DNA of 64,000 nucleotides from Octopus vulgaris (GCA_951406725.2 OX597814.1:88164001-88228000); one strand, 5' to 3'. Positions 38,888 through 53,489 are shown, numbered from the stretch's first letter. Made by a program: numbers and translations. Notes: generated by a model from the sequence alone, not told the origin.

Positions 38888-39092
38888 GCGGGCGAGTTGG
38901 CAGAATCGTTAACATGCCGGGCAAAATGCTTTCGTCCCTCTTTACATTCTAAGTTCAAATTCCGACGAGGTCGACTTTGCCTTTTATCTTTTCGGGATCA
39001 ATAAAATAAGCACCAGTTGAGCACCGGAGGTCAATGTAATCGACTAGCACCTTTCCCCGAACTTTCTGGCCTTGTGTCAAAATCTGAAACCA
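38888..39092 (+). mobile_element. Family A SINE
   Basis: Family A head and core. Confidence 0.8.
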
Positions 39093-39645
39093 ATAAGTGG
39101 CTATTTATGCAAATTTTTCCCCGGTGATGCTAAAATTCTTCAGGTTGTTACAAACTTCTCCGAATCTCATATATAAACTTTACGTATACAAAGTGTGAAA
39201 ATAACCGAGTATAATTATCACTGGCGGTATATATACAGACTCCTCCCCACCACACATAAAAAAAAAACACCACGCAGATACATTGAGGAATTCACAAGCG
39301 CATACCCTCTCCCTCTCTCTCGCTCCACCCCCATACACGAACACAGAAGAATACAGACACATATACAAACTTACAGACACACACTCACACACAGACACAT
39401 ACACACGTACACAAGGGCAGACAGCTGGAGATATAATCGCATAATAGCGCTAAAACATCATCAGCCTCCTCCATTCAACACGCAAGAATCGGCAAGAACC
39501 ATCAACAAAACTCATAGATACAGACAGTAGTTTGTATACACATGATGGCACATCAAGTCGTTTCGCTGTACATTCAATTAAAACCAAGCTAGCTCTCCTT
39601 CCCTCCCCCTCTCTTTCTGTCTGTCTGTCTGTCAGTCTATCTGTT

Positions 39646-39677
<32 letters not shown>

Positions 39678-39779
39678 GCTCTCTCTCTCTCTTTCTCTCT
39701 CTCTCGCACTCATTCTCTCTTTCTCTCTGTCCTTCTCCTGCAAAATTCTTGCCAGTGAGTTTTATTTTCTTCTCTCTTT

Positions 39780-39827
<48 letters not shown>

Positions 39828-41219
39828 TCGCTTCCCCTAAGTGGTCCCTTTACACAGAAGCTTGCTGAACATTATTTCAAACTGCGCCCATTCGTCAAAT
39901 GCTTAAGTGAGCTGAAGAATTTACTGTAAAACAACAGAAATAGCGTCATCTTGGCTGTTTGTAGTATTTTTTTTCCTTTTCCTTTTTCTCTATTAGCATT
40001 CAGTATGTTTCTCTCTGATCGATATTTTGTCAGCAACCGCTCCAAAATTTTATTGATCAACTATTATTTCTCTATTATTACGGAAATATGAGATCCTAAA
40101 GGCTGAACTCTTAAATTCATTTTGCATCCATCCCTTCTCCGTGGCATTTGGTGGAGCAACGATCCCGGCTAAACAAAAACAACGACAATAACAACAACAT
40201 GAACGGCAATAATGACTCCTACAATGATATGATAATAAGTTCTGTGTTATTAACAAAAACTTTCTGAGTCATTGCACAGCAACAATTCATATGACCCATC
40301 GGACAGTGGCACTATTAGACCATAAGAACTCCCTATAAATCATTCATCATCTCTCTCGCTCGCTCATTCTCTCTCTTTCTCACACACACTCATTCTCTCT
40401 CTCTCACACACTCATTCTCTCTCTCTTACACGCTAATTCTCTCTCTCTCTCTCTCTCTCTCTTTCTCCCAGTCCTATACATTCTACAACGTTTATATACA
40501 TATTTATACCAATTGTGTTTTGTTGGCTCGGACATTATTCAATAACAAGGAATCATATAAAGATACAATGTAAAGTTATTCTTGCAATTTAAATTTGAAA
40601 AAAAGAAAGAAATACCCGGTATTTTAAAGTGCATTTCATCTAATAAAACTTTCCTGTACAAACATATTCACCCACAAATAAAATACTTATAACCAAACAG
40701 GTTAAAATATAATGATGTATTCTTCTGCAGCTCATTGATATACAAATTACATTTGTGGAAAGCAATTTAACACTATATATATATATATATGTAACAGATT
40801 CAAAAAGAAAAAAAGTTCCTTAACTTGAGCCAAGGTTCAAGTTGATTAAAGTACATTCATTCACAAATGTCAATACACGCATACTCCCTGTATTACAGGA
40901 AATAATAACAAAAATGCATGTGTAAATTAACAAATTTTCACACGTTCTTATGTTTCCCAGACATATGTTTGGATATGTAAAAACAAAAGGATGCGCACAA
41001 ACCCATACAAACTGCAGCTTATATACATATACTCATGAACCCATATACACATAAATACACATGGGTGCATCATTTTAGTTGTCTGATCAAACAATCTTAT
41101 ATATAAATATTTAATGCCTTTTAAAAATACCAGTGAAATTTAATCCACAAAATCGACTTTGCAATGTAAGTAAACGAATATTTATTATATATATATGTAT
41201 ATTTTTAAATAGACATATA

Positions 41220-42180
<961 letters not shown>

Positions 42181-42237
42181 ATATGTCTATGAATTTGTGT
42201 TGCAGGATTCCTGATATGAAACCGTGTGCTGAAACAA

Positions 42238-42407
42238 ATATTGTTGTATTTCAGGATGGTCTTTTTTTTTCTTACTGTTCGATGAAGAGGTCACAGATGT
42301 GTGACGAAATATTTCCGGACAATGGACATGAGTTAAAACAAGAACAGTAATAAATGAGTGTAGAACGAATATATAGTGCGTGTGACCATCCTGAAATAGA
42401 ACAATAT
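42238..42407. mobile_element. Short element with 24-bp inverted ends and a hammerhead-like remnant
   Basis: ATATTGTTGTATTTCAGGATGGTC / GACCATCCTGAAATAGAACAATAT; internal TCGATGA-AGAG-GTCAC-AGATGT-GTGAC-GAAA. Confidence 0.55.
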
Positions 42408-42410
42408 ATA

Positions 42411-42445
<35 letters not shown>

Positions 42446-42448
42446 GCA

Positions 42449-42665
42449 TACAGTAATCCCTCGACATATCGCGGTTCACCTATCGTGGTTTATTATTTAA
42501 GCTTACATCGATTCCTCCGATGCATTTATAATAAAATAAATATATACAAATTATAAAAATAATAAAAGAAAATATATTGTACAGTACTGTTTCTACTTCG
42601 CGGATTTTCACCTATCGCGGGTGTGTTTGGAACGTAACACCCGCAATATTCGAGGGATTACTCTA
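42449..42665. mobile_element. Tigger/pogo-like MITE
   Basis: TA-CAGTAATCCCTCGACATATCGCGG / CCGCAATATTCGAGGGATTACTC-TA. Confidence 0.8.
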
Positions 42666-42826
42666 TACATACATACATACATGTGTGTGTGTGATATTAT
42701 ATGTGTGTGAATGTGTTTGTGTATATGTGTTATATATACATATATATATGTGTGTGTATATATATATATGTAGATATATTTATACATACATACATACATA
42801 CATACATACATACATACATACATACA

Positions 42827-42861
<35 letters not shown>

Positions 42862-43150
42862 TTCCTGTCGTACCTTCAATATTCTGTTTGTTATTCTACC
42901 AAAGTGTCTGGTGGTCTCAAAGAAGTTGACAAATATTTCTTTTGCACTGAGTAACGTTGTTTGTTCCTTCATAAATCACTCTATTTCTGTGAGTGGGATG
43001 TATTAACTTTAGTAATTTGATACTTTTAGGAAAACACGGTGATATTTTTGTAACTTATGTGTTTCATATTGTGCAAGTAAGTAAGTATGTATGTATGTAT
43101 GTATGTATGTATGTATGTATGTATGTATGTATGTATGTATGTATGTATGT

Positions 43151-43478
43151 GGAGGTACATGACTCAATGGTTAGAACGACGGGCTCACAGTTCAATCCCC
43201 GGACCGGACTGTGTGTTGTGTTCTAGAGTAAGACACTTTATTTCACATGATTCCAGTTCACTCAGCTGTTGAAATGAGTTGTGACGTCACTGGTCCCAAG
43301 CTGTATCGACCTGGGCCTTTCCCTTGGATAACATCGGTGGTGTGGAGAGGGGAGACTGGTTTGCACGGGTGACTGCTGGTTTTCCATAAACAACCTTGCC
43401 CGGACTTGTGCCACGCAGAGTAACTTTTTAGGGGTAATCCCATGGTCATTCATGACCGGTGGAGGAGGGGGTGCCTTT
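43151..43478 (+). mobile_element. Family C tRNA-derived SINE
   Basis: GGAGGTACATGACTCAATGGTTAG head, GTTCAATCCC B-box, AAGACACTTTATTTCAC..CCAGTTCACTCAGCTG core; homologous to 57229-57560. Confidence 0.8.
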
Positions 43479-43611
43479 ACATTTTACTCTTTTGGTAATT
43501 ATGTATGTATGTATTTTTCGGTCGGTAGTTCATATATCCGAAAAAGTAGCGCACTCTAAAGCTTTAGAGCAGTATTTTATTTAGTAGGTTTTTTTTTTAT
43601 TATGGCCGGTT

Positions 43612-43694
<83 letters not shown>

Positions 43695-43861
43695 AAGAGA
43701 GGTGGGCGGGGTGATCATTGGGTCCGCACCTATAAAGCGCTTAGCTGTCCCTCCTGCAATTTGATTCTGACGGGTCGCCTATACAACCAAGCGCTTTATA
43801 GTTGCGGAACGAATGGTCACACTCTGACCAGGCATAAGAAACAACCTTCTAAACATCGACA

Positions 43862-43892
<31 letters not shown>

Positions 43893-43897
43893 AGGTC

Positions 43898-44047
43898 CAG
43901 GCGTGGTTGTGTGGTAACAACATTGCTTTCCAACCGCATGGCTTCGGGTTCAGTCTCACTGCGGGGCACCTAGGTCAAGTGTCTTCTATAACCTCAGGCC
44001 GACCAAAGTCTTGTGAATAGTAGAAAGAAACAGAAAGAAGCCCTTCG

Positions 44048-44079
<32 letters not shown>

Positions 44080-44525
44080 ATCCAAACAAGAAAACACAGA
44101 AAAAACACAGAAAAAAACACAGAAAAAAAAAACACAGCAACGCGAAGACGTGGAACAATTAAAGTATTATTTGACGCTCAGGAAAGAAGGGAAGGAGGGT
44201 TTAACGTTTCGAGCGGAGCTCTTCGTCGGAAACAAGGAGAAGGAAAGATCCCGAGAAGGGAAGACAGAGGAAAAAAAACATTTTTGCTGGTGGTGCTCAA
44301 GAGATCACATGTGGGTGAGGTTGTCCCTCACCACTGCTTTACAAGAGGTGTTGGTTTTGTTTATGTCCCTGTATCTTAGAGGTTCGGTAAGAGATCGATA
44401 GAATAAGTACCACGCTTAAAGATAATAAAAAGTACAGGGGTTAATTTATTCGGCTAAAAACTCTTCAAGGCGGTGCCCCGGCATAGCCACAGTCTAATGA
44501 CTGAAACAAGTAAAAGATAAAGATA
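43898..44525 (+). mobile_element. Family B SINE interrupted in its internal (TA)n by a hammerhead-bearing element
   Basis: Head 43898-44050, insert about 44075-44310, tail GGTTCGGTAAGAGATCGATAGAATAAGTACC...GACTGAAACAAGTAAAAG. Confidence 0.75.
44199..44233 (-). ncRNA. Minimal hammerhead ribozyme (U4C variant)
   Basis: Reverse complement GTTT-CCGACGA-A-GAGC-TCC-GCTC-GAAA-CG-TT-AAAC. Confidence 0.55.
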
Positions 44526-44728
44526 GATATAAAAATGTAATATATACGTTTTTATATATATACAATCACACACCAATGCATATGTATATACATGCATGTA
44601 TATATGTATGCTTGTATGTGTGCGCGCGCGTATTCGTGTGTGCGTATAAAATGCATACACACATGTGCGTTCGCACAAACATGCATGCACTCACGCAAAT
44701 ATATATGTGTATGTGTACTTACATACAC

Positions 44729-44788
<60 letters not shown>

Positions 44789-45169
44789 CTGTGTGCCTCT
44801 CTGTGTGTGTATGTGTGTGCCTGCGTGTGTGTGTGTGTGTGTGTGCATCATGAACTCTCTCGTCGTTAGACGACGTATGAGAGTGCGGCAATTTCTTGCT
44901 GAACAACCTCACAAATTATTTGTTTATAGCGATCAAAATGTTTGCGTACACATAAGCTCGCTCCCTCCATCAAATCGATGTTGCCTGAACAGGTGCATGG
45001 GGTACTACATGTCAGATGACGTAATGATCGCAGAGCAACGTGAAATAAAGTGTTTTCCTCAAGAACATAACGGAACGTCTGGTCTGGGAACTGAAACCTC
45101 GATCTCGCAATCGTGCAAAGCCCTCCCGCACAATTAGTCATCGCTTCTCGAATTTGATTTGGTTGTTGT

Positions 45170-46335
45170 TATCAGTTTTTCGAAAGACTCCACCTCTGCT
45201 GCCGAGAATCGTGGTATGCCCTCGAAGTAGACATTGAAGTCCTTTCCTGCGATCCGGCCCGTAAATCGTTCTGAATAATCGAACTAAGTGCTACTGAAAA
45301 CCACATACATTTGCTTGGGATCGATTAAAACGTGCTCATCATTATTGTCCAGTGATGACTTGTAGCCCAGTTGCAAATTTGAACCTCCACAGCCCGGGCC
45401 TATCGAACCAATTTCGTTTTTTCGTGTCTAAGAGCACAAGCCTTTGCTTCGTGCTTGGCATTGAAGAATTGGTCAAGGGGTAATTTTGTCGCCAGCACAT
45501 TTGTCGTGATGTCTTCTCTGAGTGTTTTTTCTCGGTTTCTGTCTAGGGTTCACTCAAGTCTAGTTTTTTCTATTGCTACTTCCTTATGAAACTTTTTCGG
45601 TTCTATTATAATTGTGCTTTTTATGGGTGAACCACATTTTACTGTTGCTGACTGATTCCGTCAACGGCCGCTTAATTAATTCGCAAATCCATTCTCTGTA
45701 AGCTTGGTACGCCTATCTAGGCCACCCGTACAGATCAAATTTGTTGTCCTTGTCTGTTTAGCCGACTACTTTGAATTGTTGACAGGCTATGCTATCATTG
45801 CCAATTGGCCTATAAAAAACACTATCTAGATACGATCTGGAATACCCGATGTGGTTTGTCCGTTGGCACATTCGGGAAATACAGTCAATACCTGTCAGAA
45901 ACAAACGAGTAGATTGCGAGGCTTTTGCACTCGTTCTTCTATCAGCTAACCCTACAGGATTCAAGCTTACATGCAAGATGCGCTTCAATTACACAGCAGC
46001 ATTTAACATTAGGATGTTCCTAAGAAGTATGCTAGACGCCTAAAGAAACTTGGCCTCTCTGCCCCAGTTGGAGTGTGGACGGCTATTACTCTTGGGGTAT
46101 GGTCTTCGTTGCTGGTCACGTCCAGTATCACCAGCTTACCATCGGAGTCTAGGAAGACAGTCCATATCGCGAGATACAGATCTAGATCTTCCTGAAACAA
46201 TCTAGTGATTCCGCCTCCCGATGTCGGTCGACTTGCAGACGCGTGAACCTCGCAGTCACCAAACGTGGCAAGAAGACTCAAACCTCGGAAGTTCTGATCT
46301 GGCTGATGGGCACTGCATCTACATACAGTGATCTA
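45170..46335 (-). mobile_element. L1/Tx1-clade LINE fragment (AP endonuclease region)
   Basis: DSDGKLVILDVT...RVIAVHTPTGAERPSFFRRL; TNHIGYSRSYLDSVF; decayed. Confidence 0.65.
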
Positions 46336-46764
46336 AAGTCACATTCATTTATTCTGCCCACTTTAGTAAAGCCATGTTGGATGAGAAGGAAGAAATTGAG
46401 GACTTCTTAACATTATTCTTGTAAAATGACAGGTGTTCCGCCTTCTGGCTAGTTGTGGGTGTTTCCATGAATAAATCTCAGTAGAGTCATTTGCTAACAT
46501 TCTTTCGGAAATCTCCGATTACATCGTGACATTTGTATTTTGCTAAGTTGTATGCCTTGTGTGCTGTTTTGACGATTTTTATGTGTCGGTATGTAATTTA
46601 CACATGTTGTGGCAAACGTATGTAGTGCTTATGTGTTGATGGATGTGGCTTGTTGATTTTTTTGTTGCTTGCGTCTATGGCTTTGTAGTTAAAGATTTCT
46701 TTTGTCTGTGTAAAGGATGCTGGTATGACTGTTGGCACAGGTGTGAAGTGAATTGTGCAACAAT

Positions 46765-48300
46765 GGTTTCTAATTTAGGTACAAGACAACAACTTTGACA
46801 GGAGGGGGTTAGTCGATTACATCGACTCCAGTACTTGACTGGTACTTCCTTTTACCGATCTCGATATGACGAAGAGCAAAGTTGAATTTAGTAGGATTTA
46901 AACTCGGAAAGCAAAGCCATAAATAACACTGCAAGACATTTTCCAACGCTCTAACCAATCCACCTGCCCTTAATCCTTTCTACTATAGGCACTGAGTGTG
47001 AAATTTAGGGGATTGGGGTTAGTCGATTACATCAACCCCAGTGCTCAAGTGGTACTTATTTGACTGATCCCGAAAGGACGAAAGACAAACTTAACCCCAG
47101 CAGAACTTGAACTTAGAACATAAGAAGTATCGCTAAGCATTTTGTCCAGCATGCTAACGATTCTGCCAGCTCGTCGCCTTCTCACCTTAAAGAATGGTTT
47201 CAAAGAATGGCACAAGGCCAGCAGAATTTTACCGGGGAGGGGCTACGTCAATTACATCGATCCAAGCGCTCAACTGGTACTTATTTTAACCACCTCCGAA
47301 AGGGATGAAAGGCAAAGTCGACTTTCAGCTCAGAACGTAAAAACGGAAGGGATGCCGCGAAGCATTTCGCCCGGTGTGTTAGTGATTCTGCCATTTCGCC
47401 GCCTTATTTAGTACAAGTATTAATAAGTTCTTTGAGTAATCAGGTAATAATCTCAATGTATAGTTATGTTAATTATGGACAAAAACATATTTTATAAAAT
47501 TTTAGTCTAACACGTGGCCGTTGAACCATGCATTCCTCTTATCAATTTCCACTTTCAAAAGAAATATTCATATATTCTATGAATATTTTGGTCACCAGGA
47601 AATGATTTCAATTCGTAGTTAAGTAAATAGTAATCAAAAACGTAGTTTTCAAAGAATCAGTAGAAAATGTGCAATGACAGAATGGAATCATTTCTAGTTC
47701 TACTACTTCCGCTATGATTTAAACCACTTGAAATATTTCTTTTTATCATAGTCACCAGGCCTGGAATTTCGGGTCAGGAGGTTAGTTGATTACATCGGCC
47801 CTAGTGCTCAACTGGTAATTATTTTATTGACCCCAAAATGATGAAAGGCAAAGTCGACCCCGGCAGACTACTAAGGGCACAAGGCCTGATATTTTGGGGC
47901 AGGGGACTATTCGATTACATTGGCCTCAATACGCAACTGGTACTTAATTTATCGACCCCGAAGGGATGAAAGGCAAAATCGACATCGGTGGAATGTAAAC
48001 ACGGACGAAATGCCGCTAAGCATTTAGGCTGGTGTGCTAACGATTCTGCCAGCTCGCCGCTTTAATAATAATTATAACTCTTTTTACTATAGACACAAGG
48101 CCTGATATTTTAGGCGAGGGGTTAAGTCGATTACATCGACCCCAGTATACCACTTGTACTTAACTTATCGACCCCGAAAGGATGAAAGTCAAAGTCAACC
48201 TCAGCGGAATTTGAACTCAGGAATTTGAACTTAGAACGTAATGACGGACGAAGTGTCGATAAGCGTTTTATCCGGCGTGCTAACGATTCTGCCAACTTAC
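46765..48300 (-). mobile_element. Cluster of at least six family A SINE copies flanking a unique-looking 350-bp segment
   Basis: Repeated GTCGATTACATCGACCCCAG..CTGGTACTT..GATGAAAGGCAAAGTCGAC. Confidence 0.8.
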
Positions 48301-48304
48301 CAAC

Positions 48305-48363
<59 letters not shown>

Positions 48364-48536
48364 GAAGAAGACGAAGAAGAAGAAGAAGAAGAAGAAGAAG
48401 AAGAAGAAGAAGAAGAAGAAGAAACCTAACAGAAACAATACTACCAATAGAAGGCATAATAAAATCGATTTACAAAAATCAATGGAAATCCTTGCCCAAG
48501 CTATACGCGAACAAGCTATATCGAAGAAAGGAAAAG

Positions 48537-48604
<68 letters not shown>

Positions 48605-48808
48605 TGCGTGCATGTGTGCACGTGCACGAAGAAACGTAACATTGGATGACACATTTGCACCAACAGATGCTTAAGTATATATTTGGGCTTTAGAGCGAAA
48701 ACAAACGACACATTGAAAAACCACACAATAGGTCAGAGGAGAAAAAGATAAGAGAATTATAGTAAAACTGCATATATGACTGACCCACTGATAGCGTGCA
48801 AAAAATGC

Positions 48809-49300
48809 AGGCGTGACTGTGTGGTAAGAAGTTTGTTTACGAACCGCATGGTTCTGGGTTCAGTCTCACTGCTGGCACCTTGGGCAAGTGTCTTCTACTA
48901 TAGCCTCGGGGCTATAGTAGTGAGTGGATTTGGTGGACGGAAACTGAAAGAAACCCGTCGTATATATATGTGTATAGACACACACACACACTCACACACT
49001 CACACACACACAAACACACACAAACAACCACCCACGCACACACACAGGCACGCACGCGCACACACACATATGTATGTATGTGTTTGTGTTTTTGTGTCTG
49101 TGTTTGTCCCCACCACTGCTTGAAAACCGGTGTTGGTGTATTTACATCCTCTAACTTAGCGGTACGGCAAAAGATATGGATAGAATAAGTACCAGGCTTT
49201 AAAAAATGTACTGGGGTCGATTCGTTCGACTAAAATTCTTCGAGGCGGTGCTCCAGCATGGCTGCAGTCTAATGACCAAAACAAGTAAAAGATAAAAAAA
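48809..49300 (+). mobile_element. Family B SINE composite
   Basis: Head, CCTTGGGCAAGTGTCTTCTACTATAGCCTCGGG core, internal (CA)n, tail. Confidence 0.85.
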
Positions 49301-49329
49301 ATAAAATGGGATCAAACCCGCAAGTGACT

Positions 49330-50325
49330 GGGAAGCACCAAGGAGTGGCTGAACCATCTAACTAGTACTAATGAATTTGTAGCAACATCATTCAATGAAT
49401 CGTGTCTGTTGACTAGATTCAACACACGAATGGTTACAACAGCGGAAAACAATACTGTTTTCCAAAAATATAAGCATCAGTTCTATAACTTTTTTTGCTA
49501 ACAAGAAACTCTCTAACAAGCCGATTGCCCGCATTTAAAACAGTAACGTTTAGCAGGAGTAGTAGAAATGAAATGGGATGTATAACTGGAAAGAACAGTT
49601 GCTGGCGAATCGGACAATTAGCGAAGAAAAAGAAAGACATGGCATGGATTGATTACCAAAACGCATTTGATAGGCAAACCACATTCTTGGAGTTTGGATA
49701 AAACTGTTATTACTACTACTAACACGCTACATCAACTTTAGCATGTCAAAATGGAAAACAGCCGTATCACTACTTGGAGAAGAGAGAAAATGTTTAAAAC
49801 CGACTTTATACATAAGAGGAACTTTGAGAATGCCTCCATGTCCCTTCCAATTTTCTACGAAGCTCTGACCCAAATAAATTTGTTAGATGAAAGTTATAAA
49901 TACTACGAAATATTATAAACTTGTTTCTCTATATGGCTGATATAAAATGATTTATAAAGAACAATATCCAGATACAAAATCTACTGAACACTGTTTATGA
50001 GTTCAGCTGGAATATCAAATTGAATATAGGGATGAATAAAGGTATGAAGCATATTATAAAAGAAACTAATTGATTATAACTGTAGACATTAAATTACATC
50101 CAGACTCTATTATCAGAGAATTAAGAAGGAACCAGGAGTGGCTGTGTGGTAAGTAGCTCGCTTACCAACCACATGGTTCTAGGTTCAGTCCCACTGTGTG
50201 GCACCTTGGACTAGTGTCTTCTACTATAGCTTCGGGCCGGCCAGAACCTTGTGAGTGGATTTGGTAGACGGAAACTGAAAGAAGCCCGTCGTATATATGT
50301 AATATCTATATCTATCTATCTATCT

Positions 50326-50389
<64 letters not shown>

Positions 50390-50700
50390 TATGTGTGTAT
50401 GTGTGTGTGTTTGTGTCTGTGTTTGTCTCTCCAACATCGCTTCACAACCGATGCTGGTGTGTTTACGTTCCCGTAACTTAGCAGTTCGGCAAAAAGAGAC
50501 CGATAGAATAAGTACTAGTCTTACAAAGAATAAATCGTGGGGTCGATTTGCTCGAATAAAGGCTCCAGCATGGCCACAGTCAAATGACTGAAACAAGTAA
50601 AAAGTAAAAAGTATATTTAGAAGTAGATGAAATCGATGAGACACACAGAAACGAAGTAGTAAACTTTTAAAGAAATACTGTAGAAGAGTCAGAGTAATAT
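49330..50700 (+). mobile_element. Decayed R4/Dong-like RT fragment, split by SINE insertions
   Basis: MAWIDYQNAFD, LFLYMADIK and KEYCRRVRVIL motifs across frameshifts. Confidence 0.55.
50134..50610 (+). mobile_element. Family B SINE composite
   Basis: GGAGTGGCTGTGTGGTAAGTAGC head, core, internal (TA)n, tail. Confidence 0.85.
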
Positions 50701-50873
50701 TGGTTTCAGATTTTGGTACAAGACCAGCAATTTCGGGGGTGGGGCTAATCGATTATAGCGACACTAGTACTCAACCGGCCTCGACAGAATTTGAACTTAG
50801 AACTTAAAGACGGACGAGATTCTGTAAATCATTTTCCCCAGCGTGATGAAGATTCTGCCATCTAGCCGACTTA
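50700..50873 (-). mobile_element. Family A SINE with 15-bp TSD
   Basis: AGAGTCAGAGTAATA on both sides. Confidence 0.8.
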
Positions 50874-51149
50874 GAGTCAGAGTAATAGCTCTTCGTCAAA
50901 AAGGAAAACGAAAAAGTCCAGAAAAGGAAAAATATCCCCAACAGTACGTGTGTGGTTACATTGCAGCAGTAACCGGAAGTAGAAAGAGATAGAAAAAGTG
51001 TTTTTTGGGGGTGGGGTGACAGGCAAGTGCGAAGGTGGCCAGTGTGTGTGTGTGTGTGTGGTAGTATCTGTGCGCGTGTGTTCTTGTGTGTATGTGAGTG
51101 ATGTATGTATAAGGGTGTGAGTCAACGAGCAGGTTGTATGTATGTATAT

Positions 51150-51383
51150 CAGACAAGACAAAATCGGCAGCTATATCCATTAATATTATTTATATTATTT
51201 ACATTTGACGGATATTTGTCCTCATCTTGTTTGTTTCGGGTGATATACCCTCCAGCCTTCATCAGGTGTCTTGTTGAAATTTCGAACCACGAGCATATGG
51301 CGTAGTGGTTAAGAGCGCGAGTTATTAACCCCAAGATTCCGAGTTCGATTCCAAGCAGTGACCTGAATAATAAAAATAATAGC

Positions 51384-51421
<38 letters not shown>

Positions 51422-51480
51422 TACATCGAAAAATACTTTAGGAATGAGAACTGTGTTTCGAAATTTCCCCAAGACACCTG
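51150..51480 (+). mobile_element. tRNA-headed SINE-like element with a hammerhead-like tail and an inverted 3'-end copy in front
   Basis: Head 51291-51363 (TGGCGTAGTGGTTAAGAGCG, GAGTTCGATTCC); 51457-51480 is the reverse complement of 51263-51286; minus strand CTGATGA-AGGCTG..CACCC-GAAAC. Confidence 0.7.
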
Positions 51481-52419
51481 TCCTAGAGCCCAGTACTTGA
51501 CCGGTACTTCATTTTAACGTCTCCGAAACGATGAATGGCGAAGTTGACCCGGCTAAGATTTGAACTCAGAACGCAAAGAGCTGGAGTTCCTATGGTCTAG
51601 TGGTTCTGTCAGCTCACCACTTTAACAAAACCAACAAAAGCAGCAGCAGCAGCAGTGACAACAACAGCAACAACAATCCTTTCTACTATAGACACAAGGT
51701 CTGAAATATTATGGTGGGGAGGGGACTGACCCCAAAAGAATGAACGGCGAGGTCGACCTCTGTGATATTTGAACCCAGAATGTAAAACCAGAAGAAATGT
51801 CGCTTACCGTTTTGTCGGGTGTGCTAATGATTCTGCCAGGTTACCGTCTTTCTCTTTCTTTGGCACAAAGCCAGTAATTCCAGGTGAGGGGTAAGTCGAT
51901 TCCAGTATTTATTTTTTAAGTTTAGTACTTCCGATCTTTTTTTCCTAAACTGCTACGATGCGGGGACGCAAACAATCTCACACAGGTTGTGAAGCGGTGC
52001 GAGTGAATAAACAACGATACACACGCACGTATACACACACACGCACGTATACAAACACACGCACGTATACACACACACGCACGATGGACTTCCACACTGT
52101 TTCCATCAATCAAATTCACTCACAAGCCACTGGTCGAACCCAGAGCTATAGCTGAAGTCTTTTGCAGAAGATGTCACGCAGTTGAACCGAATCCGAAACC
52201 ATGTCGTTGTTGTAAAGCAATGTATTTAGCTACACAGCCATGCCTGTATCTAAGCCTATGCTTCTTGAATACTATAATTAATTCTAGATATATTGCCTTA
52301 AACTAAAGCAGCGCAACGATCACAGTGAGAATAGAAATCTGATATTAAGTCGTCTCGATCTTTGATAACTTGTGGCGAAACAACCATTACAACAGCTTGC
52401 GCTATACTACATGACAATA

Positions 52420-52656
52420 TACAGGGTGTCTATAAATTATCTTTACAGCTTCCACAATTTATTGTATCTGTTAAAGTTGAGATCAATCAATCAACTTCTT
52501 TGCAGCCAAAGGAGCCCATGTGGAAATGTTCTAATGTTTCTAATAAAACTTTGTTTCTTTGCTGATGTTTTCCAGTAATCTCTGGTGAATTATCCTTATT
52601 TTTCATTTTTTCCTAAATTTTTTCAAATTATAATGGTAATTTATGGACACCCTGTA
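52420..52656. mobile_element. Tc1-type MITE
   Basis: TACAGGGTGTCTATAAATTA / TAATTTATGGACACCCTGTA. Confidence 0.8.
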
Positions 52657-53162
52657 TTATGTTACACAATACTATACAACAGTACTCAACAGCTTTTTAT
52701 GATAGCAGTGAACGGGTTCTCAGCTATGGTCTATATCCTTGGGGGTTTATATAAGATTATATTGTTTAAAATAATGTGCAATAAATTGGTTATATTTCTA
52801 CAACACACAAAATGCTTTAATATTTTAATACAATTCCTAATAATGTTTAGTTATAAAAATATAGTAGGATTTTTTAAGCACTGAACAGCTGTAAAAGATT
52901 ACTTGAGTATACAGGAATCAAAGTGATCCATAGATAAAAGACGGTTTAGAAACATTGTGTTAGATTATCAAATAGTAACATTCAGAGGAGGGACAGTTTG
53001 GACTGTCATCATAAAATTAATGGCCACTTATATGTGCAAGTATTTTCAAATTCTTACTGTTTTTTGTTTAATGGAAGCAGGGAGCAATTGAATATTTTAT
53101 CAATGTTATTTCGTATTGCTGTTGATATTGGTAATTCAACAGAAACAGAGCCAATTGTACAC

Positions 53163-53228
<66 letters not shown>

Positions 53229-53489
53229 CGATATTTGACATGTGGTGCGCCATGTACTTGTAAGAGAATGTCAGTTTGATGGTTGGAGTGAGCTAACGAG
53301 TAGCTCAAATCATCTGTGCAGGTTCTTTCAGTAGGAAATTACTGAACTGTCTTTCTCAGAATTCGAGAAGCTACCATACATACATACATACATACATACA
53401 TACATACATACATACATACATACATACATGCATGCATGCATACATACATACATACATACATACATACATACATACATACATACATTGTA

